Of a stretch of 64,000 nucleotides of DNA, positions 13,701-28,495 are shown one piece after another; position 1 is the stretch's first letter; each line of letters begins with the position of its first letter. The stretch lies in contig OZ024754.1 in the NCBI GenBank assembly GCA_964016885.1, positions 20,026,001 to 20,090,000 on the forward strand. Reading direction: 5' to 3'. Position numbers and translations under genes: made by a program. This DNA is from Eledone cirrhosa (lineage: Eukaryota). The notes beneath the pieces were generated by a model. It saw only the letters and a list, made by a program, of their open reading frames with translations. It had not been told where the DNA came from and ran no database searches.

Positions 13701-16609
13701 TTACTTTAATTTTCAAACAGTCTCAGATCAGGTCACTTGCCAGACACGTACCACTGTGGCTAAAATGACTCTTCCATGATATAGTTACTTTAGTTTCAAC
13801 ACAGTTTCACATCAAGTCACTTGCCAGACATGTACAACTGTGGCTAAAATGACTCTTCCATGATATAGTTACTTTAGTTTCAACACTGTTTCAGATCAGG
13901 TCACTTACCATACACGTACCACTGTGGCTAAAATGACTCTTCCATGATATAGTTACTTTAGTTTCAACACAGTCACAGATCAAGTCACTTGCCAGACATG
14001 TACAACTGTGGCTAAAATGACTCTTCCATGATATAGTTACTTTAGTTTCAACACAATCTCAGATCCTCTCACTTGCGAGACATGTACAACTGTGGCTAAA
14101 ATGACTCTTCCATGATATAGTTACTTTAGTTTCAACACAATCTCAGATCAATTCACTTGCTAGCCATGTACAACTGTGGCTAAAATGACTCTTCCACGAT
14201 ATAGTTACTTTAGTTTCAACACAGTCTCAGATCAAGTCACTTGCCAGACATGTACAACTGTGGCTAAAATGACACTTCCATGATATAGTTACTTTGGTTT
14301 CAACACAGTCTCAGATCAACTCACTTGCCAGACATGTACAACTGTGGCTAAAATCGCTCTTCCATGATATAGTTACTTTAGTTTCAACACAATGTCAGAC
14401 CAAGTCACTTGCCAGACATGTACAACTGTGGCTAAAATGACTCTTCCTTGGTATAGTTACTTTAGTTACAACACAATCTCAGATCAAGTCGCTTGCCAGA
14501 CATGTACAACTGTGGCTAAAATGAGTCTTCCATGATATAGTTACTTTAGTTTCAACACAGTCACAGATCAAGTCACTTGCCAGACATGTACGGCTATGGC
14601 TAAATTGACTCTTCCATGATATAGTTACTTTAGTTTCAACACAATCTCAGATCAAGTTACTTGCCAGACATGTACAACTGTGGCTAAAATGATTCTTCCA
14701 TGATATAGTTACTTTAGTTTCAACACAATCTCAGATCAAGTCACTTGCCAGACATGTACAACTGTGACTATAATGATTCTTCCATGATATAGTTACTTTA
14801 GTTTCAAAACAGTCACAGATCAATTCACTTGCCAGACATGTACAACTGTGGCTAAAATGACTCTTCTGTGATATAGTTACTTTAGTTTCAACACAGTCTC
14901 AGATCAAGTCACTTGTCATACATGTACAACTGTGGCTAAAATGACTCTTCCATGATATAGTTACTTTAGTTTCAACACAATCTCAGATCAAGTCACTTGC
15001 CAGACATGTAAAACTCTGACTAAAATGACTCTTCCATGATATAGTTACTTTAGTTTCAACACAATCTGAGATCAAGTCACTTGCCAGACATGTACAACTG
15101 TGACAAAAATGACTCTTCCATGATATAGTTACTTTAGTTTCAACACAGTCACAGATCAAGTCACTTCCCAGACATGTACAACTATGGCTCAAATGACTCT
15201 TCCATGATATAGTTACTTTTGTTTCAACACAGTCTCAGATCAAGTCACTTGCCAGACATGTACAACTGTGGCTAAAATGACTCTTCCATGATATAGTTAC
15301 TTTAGTTTCAACACAGTATCAGATCAGGTCACTTGCCAAACATGAACAACTGTGGCTAAAGTGACTCTTCCATGATATAGTTACTTTAGTTTCAGCACAG
15401 TCACAGATCAAGTCACTTGCTAGACACGTATAACTGTGGCTAAAATTACTCTTCCATGATATAGTTACTTTAGTTTCAACACAGTTTCAGATCAGGTCAC
15501 TTGCCATACACGTACCACTGTGGCTAAAATGACTCTTCCATGATATAGTTACTTTAGTTTCAACACAGTCACACATCAAGTCACTTGCCAGACATGTACA
15601 ACTGTGGCTAAAATGACTCTTCCATGATATAGTTACTTTAGTTTAAACACAATCTCAGATCAAGTCACTTGCTAGCCATGTACAACTGTGGCTAAAATGA
15701 CTCTTCCATGATATAGTTACTTTAGTTTCAACACAGTCTCAGATCAACTCACTTGCCAGACATGTACAACTGTGGCTAAAATGACTCTTCCATGATATAG
15801 TTACTTTAGTTTCAACACAATCTCAGATCAAGTCACTTGCCAGACATGTACAACTGTGACTATAATGACTCTTCCATGATATAGTTACTTTAGTTTCAAC
15901 ACAATCTCAGATCAAGTCACTTGCCAGACATGTACAACTGTGACTATAATGACTCTTCCATGATATAGTTACTTTAGTTTCAACACAGTCACAGATCAAG
16001 TCACTTGCCAGACATATACAACTGTGGCTAAAATAACTCTTCTGTGATATAGTTACTTTAGTTTCAACACAGTCTCAGATCAAGTCACTTGTCATACATG
16101 TATAACTGTGGCTAAAATGACTCTTCCATGATATAGTTACTTTAGTTTCAACACAATCTCAGATCAAGTCACTTGCCAGACATGTACAACTCTGACTAAA
16201 ATGACTCTTCCATGATATAGTTACTTTAGTTTCAACACAATCTGAGATCAAGTCACTTGCCAGACATGTACAACTGTGACAAAAATGACTCTTCCATGAT
16301 ATAGTTACTTTAGTTTCAACACAGTCACAGATCAAGTCACTTGCCAGACATGTACAACTATGGCTCAAATGACTCTTCCATGATATAGTTACTTTAGTTT
16401 CAACACAGTCTCAGATCAAGTCACTTGCCAGACATGTACAACTGTGACTATAATGACTCTTCCATGATATATTTACTTTAGTTTCAACACAGTCTCAGAT
16501 CCTGTCACTTGCGAGACATGTACAACTGTGGCTAAAATGACTCTTCCGTGATATAGTTACTTTAGTTTCAAAACAGTCTCAGATCAAGTCACTCGCTAGA
16601 CATGTATAA

Positions 16610-17440
16610 CTGTGGCTAAAATGACTCTTCCATGATATAGTTACTTTAGTTTCAACACAATCTCAGATCCTGTCACTTGCGAGACATGTACAACTGTGGC
16701 TAAAATGACTCCTCCATGATATAGTTACTTTAGTTTCAACACAGTTGCAGATCAGGTCACTTGCCAGACACGTACCACTGTGGCTAAAATGACTCTTCCA
16801 TGATATAGTTACTTTAGTTTTAACACGGTCTCAGATCAACTCACTTGCCAGACATGTACAACTGTGGCTAAAATGACTCTTCCATGATATAGTTACTTTA
16901 GTTTCAACACGGTCTTAGATCAAGTCACTTGCCACACTGTGGCTAAAATGACTCTTCCATGATATAGTTACTTTAGATTTCAAACAGTCTCAGATCAAGT
17001 AACTTGCTAGACATGTATAACTGTGGCTAAAATGACTCTTCCATGATATAGTTACTTTAGTTTCAACACAATCTCAGATCCTGTCACTTGCGAGACATGT
17101 ACAACTGTGGCTAAAATGACTCCTCCATGATATAGTTACTTTAGTTTCAACACAGTTGCAGATCAGGTCACTTGCCAGACACGTACCACTGTGGCTAAAA
17201 TGACTCTTCCATGATATAGTTACTTTAGTTTTAACACGGTCTCAGATCAACTCACTTGCCAGACATGTACAACTGTGGCTAAAATGACTCTTCCATGATA
17301 TAGTTACTTTAGTTTCAACACGGTCTTAGATCAAGTCACTTGCCACACTGTGGCTAAAATGACTCTTCCATGATATAGTTACTTTAGATTTCAAACAGTC
17401 TCAGATCAAGTAACTTGCTAGACATGTATAACTGTGGCTA
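16610..17440. repeat. Tandem duplication of a 411-bp pentamer (4x84+75)
   Basis: CCTCCATGA at 16711/17122, with the same order of GTTGCAG, TTTTAACACGG, short-monomer and AGATTTCAAAC variants. Confidence 0.85.
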
Positions 17441-20400
17441 AAATTACTCTTCCATGATATAGTTACTTTAGTTTCAACACAGTCACAGATCAAGTCACTT
17501 GCCAGACATGTACAACTATGGCTAAAATGACTCTTCCATGATATAGTTACTTCAGTTTCAACACAATCTCAGATCAAGTCACTTGCCAGACATGTACAAC
17601 TGTGGCTAAAATGACTCTTCCATGATATAGTTACTTTAGTTTCAGCACAGTCACAGATCAAGTCACTTGCCATACATGTACAACTATGGCTCAAATGAAT
17701 CTTCAATGATATAGTTACTTTAGTTTCAACACAGTCTCAGATCAAGTCACTTGTCATACGTGTACAACTGTGGCTAAAATGACTCTTCCATGATATAGTT
17801 ACTTTAGTTTCAACACAATCTCAGATCAAGTCACTTGTCAGACATGTACAACCGTGACTAAAATGACTCTTCCAGGACATAGTTACTTTAGTTTCAACAT
17901 AGTCACAGATCAAGTCACTCGCCAGACATGTACAACTGTGGCTAACATGACTCTTCCATGACATAGTTACTTTAGTTTCAACACAGTTTCAGATCAGGTC
18001 ACTTGCCAGACACTTACCACTGTGGCTAAAATGACTCTTCCATGATATAGTTACTTTAGTTTCAACACAGTTTCACATCAAGTCACTTGCCAGACATGTA
18101 CAACTGTGGCTAAAATAACTCTTCCATGATATAGTTACTTTAGTTTCAACACAATCTCAGATCGTGTCATTTGCGAGACATGTACAACTGTGGCTAAAAT
18201 GACTCTTCCATGATATAGTTACTTTAGTTTCAACACAGTTTCAGATCAGGTCACTTGCCTGACACGTACCACTGTGACTAAAATGACTCTTCCATGATAT
18301 AGTTACTTTAGTTTCAACACAATCTCAGATCAAGTCACTTGCCAGACATGTACAACTGTGACTAAAATGACTCTTCCATGATATAGTTACTTTAGTTTCA
18401 ACACAATCTCAGATCAAGTCACTTGCCAAACATGTACAACTGTGGCTAAAATGACTCTTCCATGATATAGTTACTTTAGGTTCAACACAATCTCAGATCA
18501 AGTCACTTGCCAGACATGTACATCTGTGACTAAAATGACTCTTCCATGATATAGTTACTTTAGTTTCAACACAGTCACAGATCAAGTCACTTGCCAGACA
18601 TGTACAACTGTGACTAAAATGACTCTTCCATGATATAGTTACTTTAGTTTCAACACAATCTCAGATCCTGTCACTTGCGAGACATTTACAACTGTGGCTA
18701 AAATGACTCTTCCATGATATAGTTACTTTAGTTTCAACACAGTCTTTGATCAAGTCACTTGCAAGACTGTGGCTAAAATGACTCTTCCATGATATAGTTA
18801 CTTTAATTTTCAAACAGTCTCAGATCAGGTCACTTGCCAGACACGTACCACTGTGGCTAAAATGACTCTTCCATGATATAGTTACTTTAGTTTCAACACA
18901 GTTTCACATCAAGTCACTTGCCAGACATGTACAACTGTGGCTAAAATGACTCTTCCATGATATAGTTACTTTAGTTTCAACACAGTTTCAGATCAGGTCA
19001 CTTACCATACACGTACCACTGTGGCTAAAATGACTCTTCCATGATATAGTTACTTTAGTTTCAACACAGTCACAGATCAAGTCACTTGCCAGACATGTAC
19101 AACTGTGGCTAAAATGACTCTTCCATGATATAGTTACTTTAGTTTCAACACAATCTCAGATCCTCTCACTTGCGAGACATGTACAACTGTGGCTAAAATG
19201 ACTCTTCCATGATATAGTTACTTTAGTTTCAACACAATCTCAGATCAATTCACTTGCTAGCCATGTACAACTGTGGCTAAAATGACTCTTCCATGATATA
19301 GTTACTTTAGTTTCAACACAGTCTCAGATCAAGTCACTTGCCAGACATGTACAACTGTGGCTAAAATGACACTTCCATGATATAGTTACTTTGGTTTCAA
19401 CACAGTCTCAGATCAACTCACTTGCCAGACATGTACAACTGTGGCTAAAATCGCTCTTCCATGATATAGTTACTTTAGTTTCAACACAATCTCAGACCAA
19501 GTCACTTGCCAGACATGTACAAATGTGGCTAAAATGACTCTTCCTTGGTATAGTTACTTTAGTTTCAACACAATCTCAGATCCTGTCATTTGCGAGACAT
19601 GTACAACTGTGGCTAAAATGACTCTTCCATGATATAGTTACTTTAGTTTCAACACAGTCTTAGATCAAGTCACTTGCCAGACTGTGGCTAAAATGACGCT
19701 TCTATGATATAGTTACTTTAGTTTTAAAACAGTCTCAGATCAAGTCCCTTGCTAGACATGTATAACTCTGGCTAAAATTACTCTTCCATGATATAGTTAC
19801 TTTAGTTTCAACACAGTCTCAGTTCAAGTCACTTGCCAGACATGTACAACTGTGACTATAATGACTCTTCCATGATATAGTTACTTTAGTTTCAACACAG
19901 TCTCAGATCAACTTACTTGCCAGACATGTACAACTGTGGCTAAAATGACTCTTCCATGATATAGTTACTTTAGTTTCAACACAATCTCAGATCAAGTCAC
20001 TTGCCAGACATGTACAACTGTGACTATAATGACTCTTCCATGATATAGTTACTTTAGTTTCAACACAATCTCAGATCCTGTCACTTGCGAGACATGTACA
20101 ACTGTGGCTAAAATGACTCTTCCATGATATAGTTACTTTAGTTTCAACACGGTCTTAGATCAAGTCACTTGCCACACTGTGGCTAAAATGACTCTTCCAT
20201 GATATAGTTACTTTAGTTTCAACACAGTCACAGATCAAGTCACTTGCCAGACATGTACAACTGTGGCTAAAATGACTCTTCCATGATATAGTTACTTTAG
20301 TTTTCAAACAGTCTCAGATCAAGTAACTTGCTAGACATGTATAACTGTGGCTAAAATGACTCCTCCATGATATAGTTACTTTAGTTTCAACACAGTTGCA

Positions 20401-22885
20401 GATCAGGTCACTTGCCAGACACGTACCACTGTGGCTAAAATGACTCTTCCATGATATAGTTACTTTAGTTTTAACACGGTCTCAGATCAACTCACTTGCC
20501 AGACATGTACAACTGTGGCTAAAATGACTCTTCCATGATATAGTTACTTTAGTTTCAACACGGTCTTAGATCAAGTCACTTGCCACACTGTGGCTAAAAT
20601 GACTCTTCCATGATATAGTTACTTTAGATTTCAAACAGTCTCAGATCAAGTAACTTGCTAGACATGTATAACTGTGGCTAAAATTACTCTTCCATGATAT
20701 AGTTACTTTAGTTTCAACACAGTCACCGATCAAGTCACTTGCCAGACATGTACAACTATGGCTAAAATGACTCTTCCATGATATAGTTACTTTAGTTTCA
20801 ACACAATCTCAGATCAAGTCACTTGCCAGACATGTACAACTGTGGCTAAAATGACTCTTCCATGATATAGTTACTTTAGTTTCAGCACAGTCACAGATCA
20901 AGTCACTTGCCATACATGTACAACTATGGCTCAAATGAATCTTCCATGATATAGTTACTTTAGTTTCAACACAGTCTCAGATCAAGTCACTTGTCATACG
21001 TGTACAACTGTGGCTAAAATTACTCTTCCATGATATAGTTACTTTAGTTTCAACACAGTTTCAGATCAGGTCACTTGCCTGACACGTACCACTGTGACTA
21101 AAATGACTCTTCCATGATATAGTTACTTTAGTTTCAACACAATCTCAGATCAAGTCACTTGCCAGACATGTACAACTGTGACTAAAATGACTCTTCCATG
21201 ATATAGTTACTTTAGTTTCAACACAATCTCAGATCAAGTCACTTGCCAAACATGTACAACTGTGGCTAAAATGACTCTTCCATGATATAGTTACTTTAGG
21301 TTCAACACAATCTCAGATCAAGTCACTTGCCAGACATGTACATCTGTGACTAAAATGACTCTTCCATGATATAGTTACTTTAGTTTCAACACAGTCACAG
21401 ATCAAGTCACTTGCCAGACATGTACAACTGTGACTAAAATGACTCTTCCATGATATAGTTACTTTAGTTTCAACACAATCTCAGATCCTGTCACTTGCGA
21501 GACATTTACAACTGTGGCTAAAATGACTCTTCCATGATATAGTTACTTTAGTTTCAACACGGTCTTAGATCAAGTCACTTGCCAGACTGTGGCTAAAATG
21601 ACTCTTCCATGATATAGTTACTTTAATTTTCAAACAGTCTCAGATCAGGTCACTTGCCAGACACGTACCACTGTGGCTAAAATGACTCTTCCATGATATA
21701 GTTACTTTAGTTTCAACACAGTTTCACATCAAGTCACTTGCCAGACATGTACAACTGTGGCTAAAATGACTCTTCCATGATATAGTTACTTTAGTTTCAA
21801 CACAGTTTCAGATCAGGTCACTTACCATACACGTACCACTGTGGCTAAAATGACTCTTCCATGATATAGTTACTTTAGTTTCAACACAGTCACAGATCAA
21901 GTCACTTGCCAGACATGTACAACTGTGGCTAAAATGACTCTTCCATGATATAGTTACTTTAGTTTCAACACAATCTCAGATCCTCTCACTTACGAGACAT
22001 GTACAACTGTGGCTAAAATGACTCTTCCATGATATAGTTACTTTAGTTTCAACACAATCTCAGATCAATTCACTGTCTAGCCATGTACAACTGTGGCTAA
22101 AATGACTCTTCCATGATATAGTTACTTTAGTTTCAACACAGTCTCAGATCAAGTCACTTGCCAGACATGTACAACTGTGGCTAAAATGACACTTCCATGA
22201 TATAGTTACTTTGGTTTCAACACAGTCTCAGATCAACTCACTTGCCAGACATGTACAACTGTGGCTAAAATCGCTCTTCCATGATATAGTTACTTTAGTT
22301 TCAACACAATCTCAGACCAAGTCACTTGCCAGACATGTACAAATGTGGCTAAAATGACTCTTCCTTGGTATAGTTACTTTAGTTTCAACACAATCTCAGA
22401 TCCTGTCATTTGCGAGACATGTACAACTGTGGCTAAAATGACTCTTCCATGATATAGTTACTTTAGTTTCAACACGGTCTTAGATCAAGTCACTTGCCAG
22501 ACTGTGGCTAAAATGACGCTTCTATGATATAGTTACTTTAGTTTTAAAACAGTCTCAGATCAAGTCCCTTGCTAGACATGTATAACTCTGGCTAAAATTA
22601 CTCTTCCATGATATAGTTACTTTAGTTTCAACACAGTCTCAGTTCAAGTCACTTGCCAGACATGTACAACTGTGACTATAATGACTCTTCCATGATATAG
22701 TTACTTTAGTTTCAACACAGTCTCAGATCAACTCACTTGCCAGACATGTACAACTGTGGCTAAAATGACTCTTCCATGATATAGTTACTTTAGTTTCAAC
22801 ACAATCTCAGATCAAGTCACTTGCCAGACATGTACAACTGTGACTATAATGACTCTTCCATGATATAGTTACTTTAGTTTCAACA
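17120..22885. repeat. Near-tandem block duplication, offset 3240 then 2820 (5-monomer difference between copies)
   Basis: Rows 17161 and 20401 are identical (+3240). Rows 18241/21061 and 19981/22801 are identical (+2820). The shared rare variant GCCTGACACG is in both. Confidence 0.8.
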
Positions 22886-24249
22886 CAGTCACAGATCAAG
22901 TCACTTGCCAGACATATACAACTGTGGCTAAAATGACTCTTCTGTGATATAGTTACTTTAGTTTCAACACAGTCTCAGATCAAGTCACTTGTCATACATG
23001 TACAACTGTGGCTAAAATGACTCTTCCATGATATAGTTACTTTAGTTTCAACACAATCTCAGATCAAGTCACTTGCCAGACATGTACAACTGTGACAAAA
23101 ATGACTCTTCCATGATATAGTTACTTTAGTTTCAACACAGTCACAGATCAAGTCACTTGCCAGACATGTACAACTGTGGCTAAAATGACACTTCCATGAT
23201 ATAGTTACTTTGGTTTCAACACAGTCTCAGATCAACTCACTTGCCAGACATGTACAACTGTGGCTAAAATCGCTCTTCCATGATATAGTTACTTTAGTTT
23301 CAACACAATCTCAGACCAAGTCACTTGCCAGACATGTACAAATGTGGCTAAAATGACTCTTCCTTGGTATATTTACTTTAGTTTCAACACAATCTCAGAT
23401 CCTGTCATTTGCGAGACATGTACAACTGTGGCTAAAATGACTCTTCCATGATATAGTTACTTTAGTTTCAACACGGTCTTAGATCAAGTCACTTGCCAGA
23501 CTGTGGCTAAAATGACGCTTCTATGATATAGTTACTTTAGTTTTAAAACAGTCTCAGATCAAGTCCCTTGCTAGACATGTATAACTCTGGCTAAAATTAC
23601 TCTTCCATGATATAGTTACTTTAGTTTCAACACAGTCTCAGTTCAAGTCACTTGCCAGACATGTACAACTGTGACTATAATGACTCTTCCATGATATAGT
23701 TACATTAGTTTCAACACAGTCTCAGATCAACTCACTTGCCAGACATGTACAACTGTGGCTAAAATGACTCTTCCATGATATAGTTACTTTAGTTTCAACA
23801 CAATCTCAGATCAAGTCACTTGCCAGACATGTACAACTGTGACTATAATGACTCTTCTGTGATATAGTTACTTTAGTTTCAACACAGTCTCAGATCAAGT
23901 CACTTGTCATACATGTACAACTGTGGCTAAAATGACTCTTCCATGATATAGTTACTTTAGTTTCAACACAATCTCAGATCAAGTCACTTGCCAGACATGT
24001 ACAACTCTGACTAAAATGACTCTTCCATGATATAGTTACTTTAGTTTCAACACAATCTGAGATCAAGTCACTTGCCAGACATGTACAACTGTGACAAAAA
24101 TGACTCTTCCATGATATAGTTACTTTAGTTTCAACACAGTCACAGATCAAGTCACTTGCCAGACATGTACAACTATGGCTCAAATGACTCTTCCATGATA
24201 TAGTTACTTTAGTTTCAACACAGTCTCAGATCAAGTCACTTGCCAGACA

Positions 24250-27200
24250 TGTACAACTGTGGCTAAAATGACTCTTCCATGATATAGTTACTTTATTATC
24301 AACACAGTCAAAGATCAAGTCACTTGCCAGATGTGTACAACTGTGGCTAAAATGAATCTTCCGTGATATATTTACTTTAGTTTCAACACAGTCTCAGATC
24401 CTGTCACTTGCGAGACATGTACAACTGTGGCTAAAATGACTCTTCCGTGATATAGTTACTTTAGTTTCAAAACAGTCTCAGATCAAGTCACTCGCCAGAT
24501 GTGTACAACTGTGGCTAAAATGACTCTTCCGTGATATATTTACTTTAGTTTCAACACAGTCTCAGATCCTGTCACTTGCGAGACATGTACAACTGTGGCT
24601 AAAATGACTCTTCCGTGATATAGTTACTTTAGTTTCAACACAATCTCAGATCAAGTCGCTTGCCAGACATGTACAACTGTGGTTAAAATGAGTCTTCCAT
24701 GATATAGTTACTTTAGTTTCAACACAGTCACAGATCAAGTCACTTGCCAGACATGTACAACTATGGCTCAAATGACTCTTCCATGATATAGTTACTTTAG
24801 TTTCAACACAGTCTCAGATCAAGTCACTTGCCAGACATGTACAACTGTGGCTAAAATGACTCTTCCATGATATAGTTACTTTATTATCAACACAGTCACA
24901 GATCAAGTCACTTGCCAGATGTGTACAACTGTGGCTAAAATGACTCTTCCGTGATATATTTACTTTAGTTTCAACACAGTCTCAGATCCTGTCACTTGCG
25001 AGACATGTACAACTGTGGCTAAAATGACTCTTCCGTGATATAGTTACTTTAGTTTCAAAACAGTCTCAGATCAAGTCACTCGCCAGATGTGTACAACTGT
25101 GGCTAAAATGACTCTTCCGTGATATAGTTACTTTAGTTTCAACACAATCTCAGATCAAGTCGCTTGCCAGACATGTACAACTGTGGCTAAAATGAGTCTT
25201 CCATGATATAGTTACTTTAGTTTCAACACAGTCACAGATCAAGTCACTTGCCAGACATGTACGGCTATGGCTAAATTGACTCTTCCATGATATAGTTACT
25301 TTAGTTTCAACACAATCTCAGATCAAGTTACTTGCCAGACATGTACAACTGTGGCTAAAATGATTCTTCCATGACATAGTTACTTTAGTTTCAACACAAT
25401 CTCAGATCAAGTCACTTGCCAGACATGTACAACTGTGACTATAATGATTCTTCCATGATATAGTTACTTTAGTTTCAAAACAGTCACAGATCAATTCACT
25501 TGCCAGACATGTACAACTGTGGCTAAAATGACTCTTCTGTGATATAGTTACTTTAGTTTCAACACAGTCTCAGATCAAGTCACTTGTCATACATGTACAA
25601 CCGTGGCTAAAATGACTCTTCCATGATATAGTTACTTTAGTTTCAACACAATCTCAGATCAAGTCACTTGCCAGACATGTAAAACTCTGACTAAAATGAC
25701 TCTTCCATGATATAGTTACTTTAGTTTCAACACAATCTGAGATCAAGTCACTTGCCAGACATGTACAACTGTGACAAAAATGACTCTTCCATGATATAGT
25801 TACTTTAGTTTCAACACAGTCACAGATCAAGTCACTTGCCAGACATGTACAACTATGGCTCAAATGACTCTTCCATGATATAGTTACTTTTGTTTCAACA
25901 CAGTCTCAGATCAAGTCACTTGCCAGACATGTACAACTGTGGCTAAAATGACTCTTCCATGATATAGTTACTTTAGTTTCAACACAGTATCAGATCAGGT
26001 CACTTGCCAAACATGAACAACTGTGGCTAAAGTGACTCTTCCATGATATAGTTACTTTAGTTTCAGCACAGTCACAGATCAAGTCACTTGCTAGACACGT
26101 ATAACTGCGGCTAAAATTACTCTTCCATGATATAGTTACTTTAGTTTCAACACAGATTCAGATCAGGTCACTTGCCATACACGTACCACTGTGGCTAAAA
26201 TGACTCTTCCATGATATAGTTACTTTAGTTTCAACACAGTCACACATCAAGTCACTTGCCAGACATGTACAACTGTGGCTAAAATGACTCTTCCATGATA
26301 TAGTTACTTTAGTTTCAACACAATCTCAGATCAAGTCACTTGCTAGCCATGTACAACTGTGGCTAAAATGACTCTTCCATGATATAGTTACTTTATTATC
26401 AACACAGTCACAGATCAAGTCACTTGCCAGATGTGTACAACTGTGGCTAAAATGACTCTTCCGTGATATATTTACTTTAGTTTCAACACAGTCTCAGATC
26501 CTGTCACTTGCGAGACATGTACAACTGTGGCTAAAATGACTCTTCCGTGATATAGTTACTTTAGTTTCAAAACAGTCTCAGATCAAGTCACTCGCCAGAT
26601 GTGTACAACTGTGGCTAAAATGACTCTTCCGTGATATATTTACTTTAGTTTCAACACAGTCTCAGATCCTGTCACTTGCGAGACATGTACAACTGTGGCT
26701 AAAATGACTCTTCCGTGATATAGTTACTTTAGTTTCAACACAATCTCAGATCAAGTCGCTTGCCAGACATGTACAACTGTGGTTAAAATGAGTCTTCCAT
26801 GATATAGTTACTTTAGTTTCAACACAGTCACAGATCAAGTCACTTGCCAGACATGTACAACTATGGCTCAAATGACTCTTCCATGATATAGTTACTTTAG
26901 TTTCAACACAGTCTCAGATCAAGTCACTTGCCAGACATGTACAACTGTGGCTAAAATGACTCTTCCATGATATAGTTACTTTATTATCAACACAGTCACA
27001 GATCAAGTCACTTGCCAGATGTGTACAACTGTGGCTAAAATGACTCTTCCGTGATATATTTACTTTAGTTTCAACACAGTCTCAGATCCTGTCACTTGCG
27101 AGACATGTACAACTGTGGCTAAAATGACTCTTCCGTGATATAGTTACTTTAGTTTCAAAACAGTCTCAGATCAAGTCACTCGCCAGATGTGTACAACTGT

Positions 27201-28495
27201 GGCTAAAATGACTCTTCCGTGATATAGTTACTTTAGTTTCAACACAATCTCAGATCAAGTCGCTTGCCAGACATGTACAACTGTGGCTAAAATGAGTCTT
27301 CCATGATATAGTTACTTTAGTTTCAACACAGTCACAGATCAAGTCACTTGCCAGACATGTACGGCTATGGCTAAATTGACTCTTCCATGATATAGTTACT
27401 TTAGTTTCAACACAATCTCAGATCAAGTTACTTGCCAGACATGTACAACTGTGGCTAAAATGATTCTTCCATGATATAGTTACTTTAGTTTCAACACAAT
27501 CTCAGATCAAGTCACTTGCCAGACATGTACAACTGTGACTATAATGATTCTTCCATGATATAGTTACTTTAGTTTCAAAACAGTCACAGATCAATTCACT
27601 TGCCAGACATGTACAACTGTGGCTAAAATGACTCTTCTGTGATATAGTTACTTTAGTTTCAACACAGTCTCAGATCAAGTCACTTGTCATACATGTACAA
27701 CCGTGGCTAAAATGACTCTTCCATGATATAGTTACTTTAGTTTCAACACAATCTCAGATCAAGTCACTTGCCAGACATGTAAAACTCTGACTAAAATGAC
27801 TCTTCCATGATATAGTTACTTTAGTTTCAACACAATCTGAGATCAAGTCACTTGCCAGACATGTACAACTGTGACAAAAATGACTCTTCCATGATATAGT
27901 TACTTTAGTTTCAACACAGTCACAGATCAAGTCACTTGCCAGACATGTACAACTATGGCTCAAATGACTCTTCCATGATATAGTTACTTTTGTTTCAACA
28001 CAGTCTCAGATCAAGTCACTTGCCAGACATGTACAACTGTGGCTAAAATGACTCTTCCATGATATAGTTACTTTAGTTTCAACACAGTATCAGATCAGGT
28101 CACTTGCCAAACATGAACAACTGTGGCTAAAGTGACTCTTCCATGATATAGTTACTTTAGTTTCAGCACAGTCACAGATCAAGTCACTTGCTAGACACGT
28201 ATAACTGCGGCTAAAATTACTCTTCCATGATATAGTTACTTTAGTTTCAACACAGTTTCAGATCAGGTCACTTGCCATACACGTACCACTGTGGCTAAAA
28301 TGACTCTTCCATGATATAGTTACTTTAGTTTCAACACTGTCACACATCAAGTCACTTGCCAGACATGTACAACTGTGGCTAAAATGACTCTTCCATGATA
28401 TAGTTACTTTAGTTTCAACACAATCTCAGATCAAGTCACTTGCTAGCCATGTACAACTGTGGCTAAAATGACTCTTCCATGATATAGTTACTTTA
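24250..28495. repeat. Tandem duplication of a 2100-bp block (25x84)
   Basis: Rows 24361/26461 are identical. Private variants ACAACCGTGGC (~25597/~27697) and ATAACTGCGG (26101/28201) recur. ORF-track hits 25654 and 27754 are 2100 apart. Confidence 0.93.
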
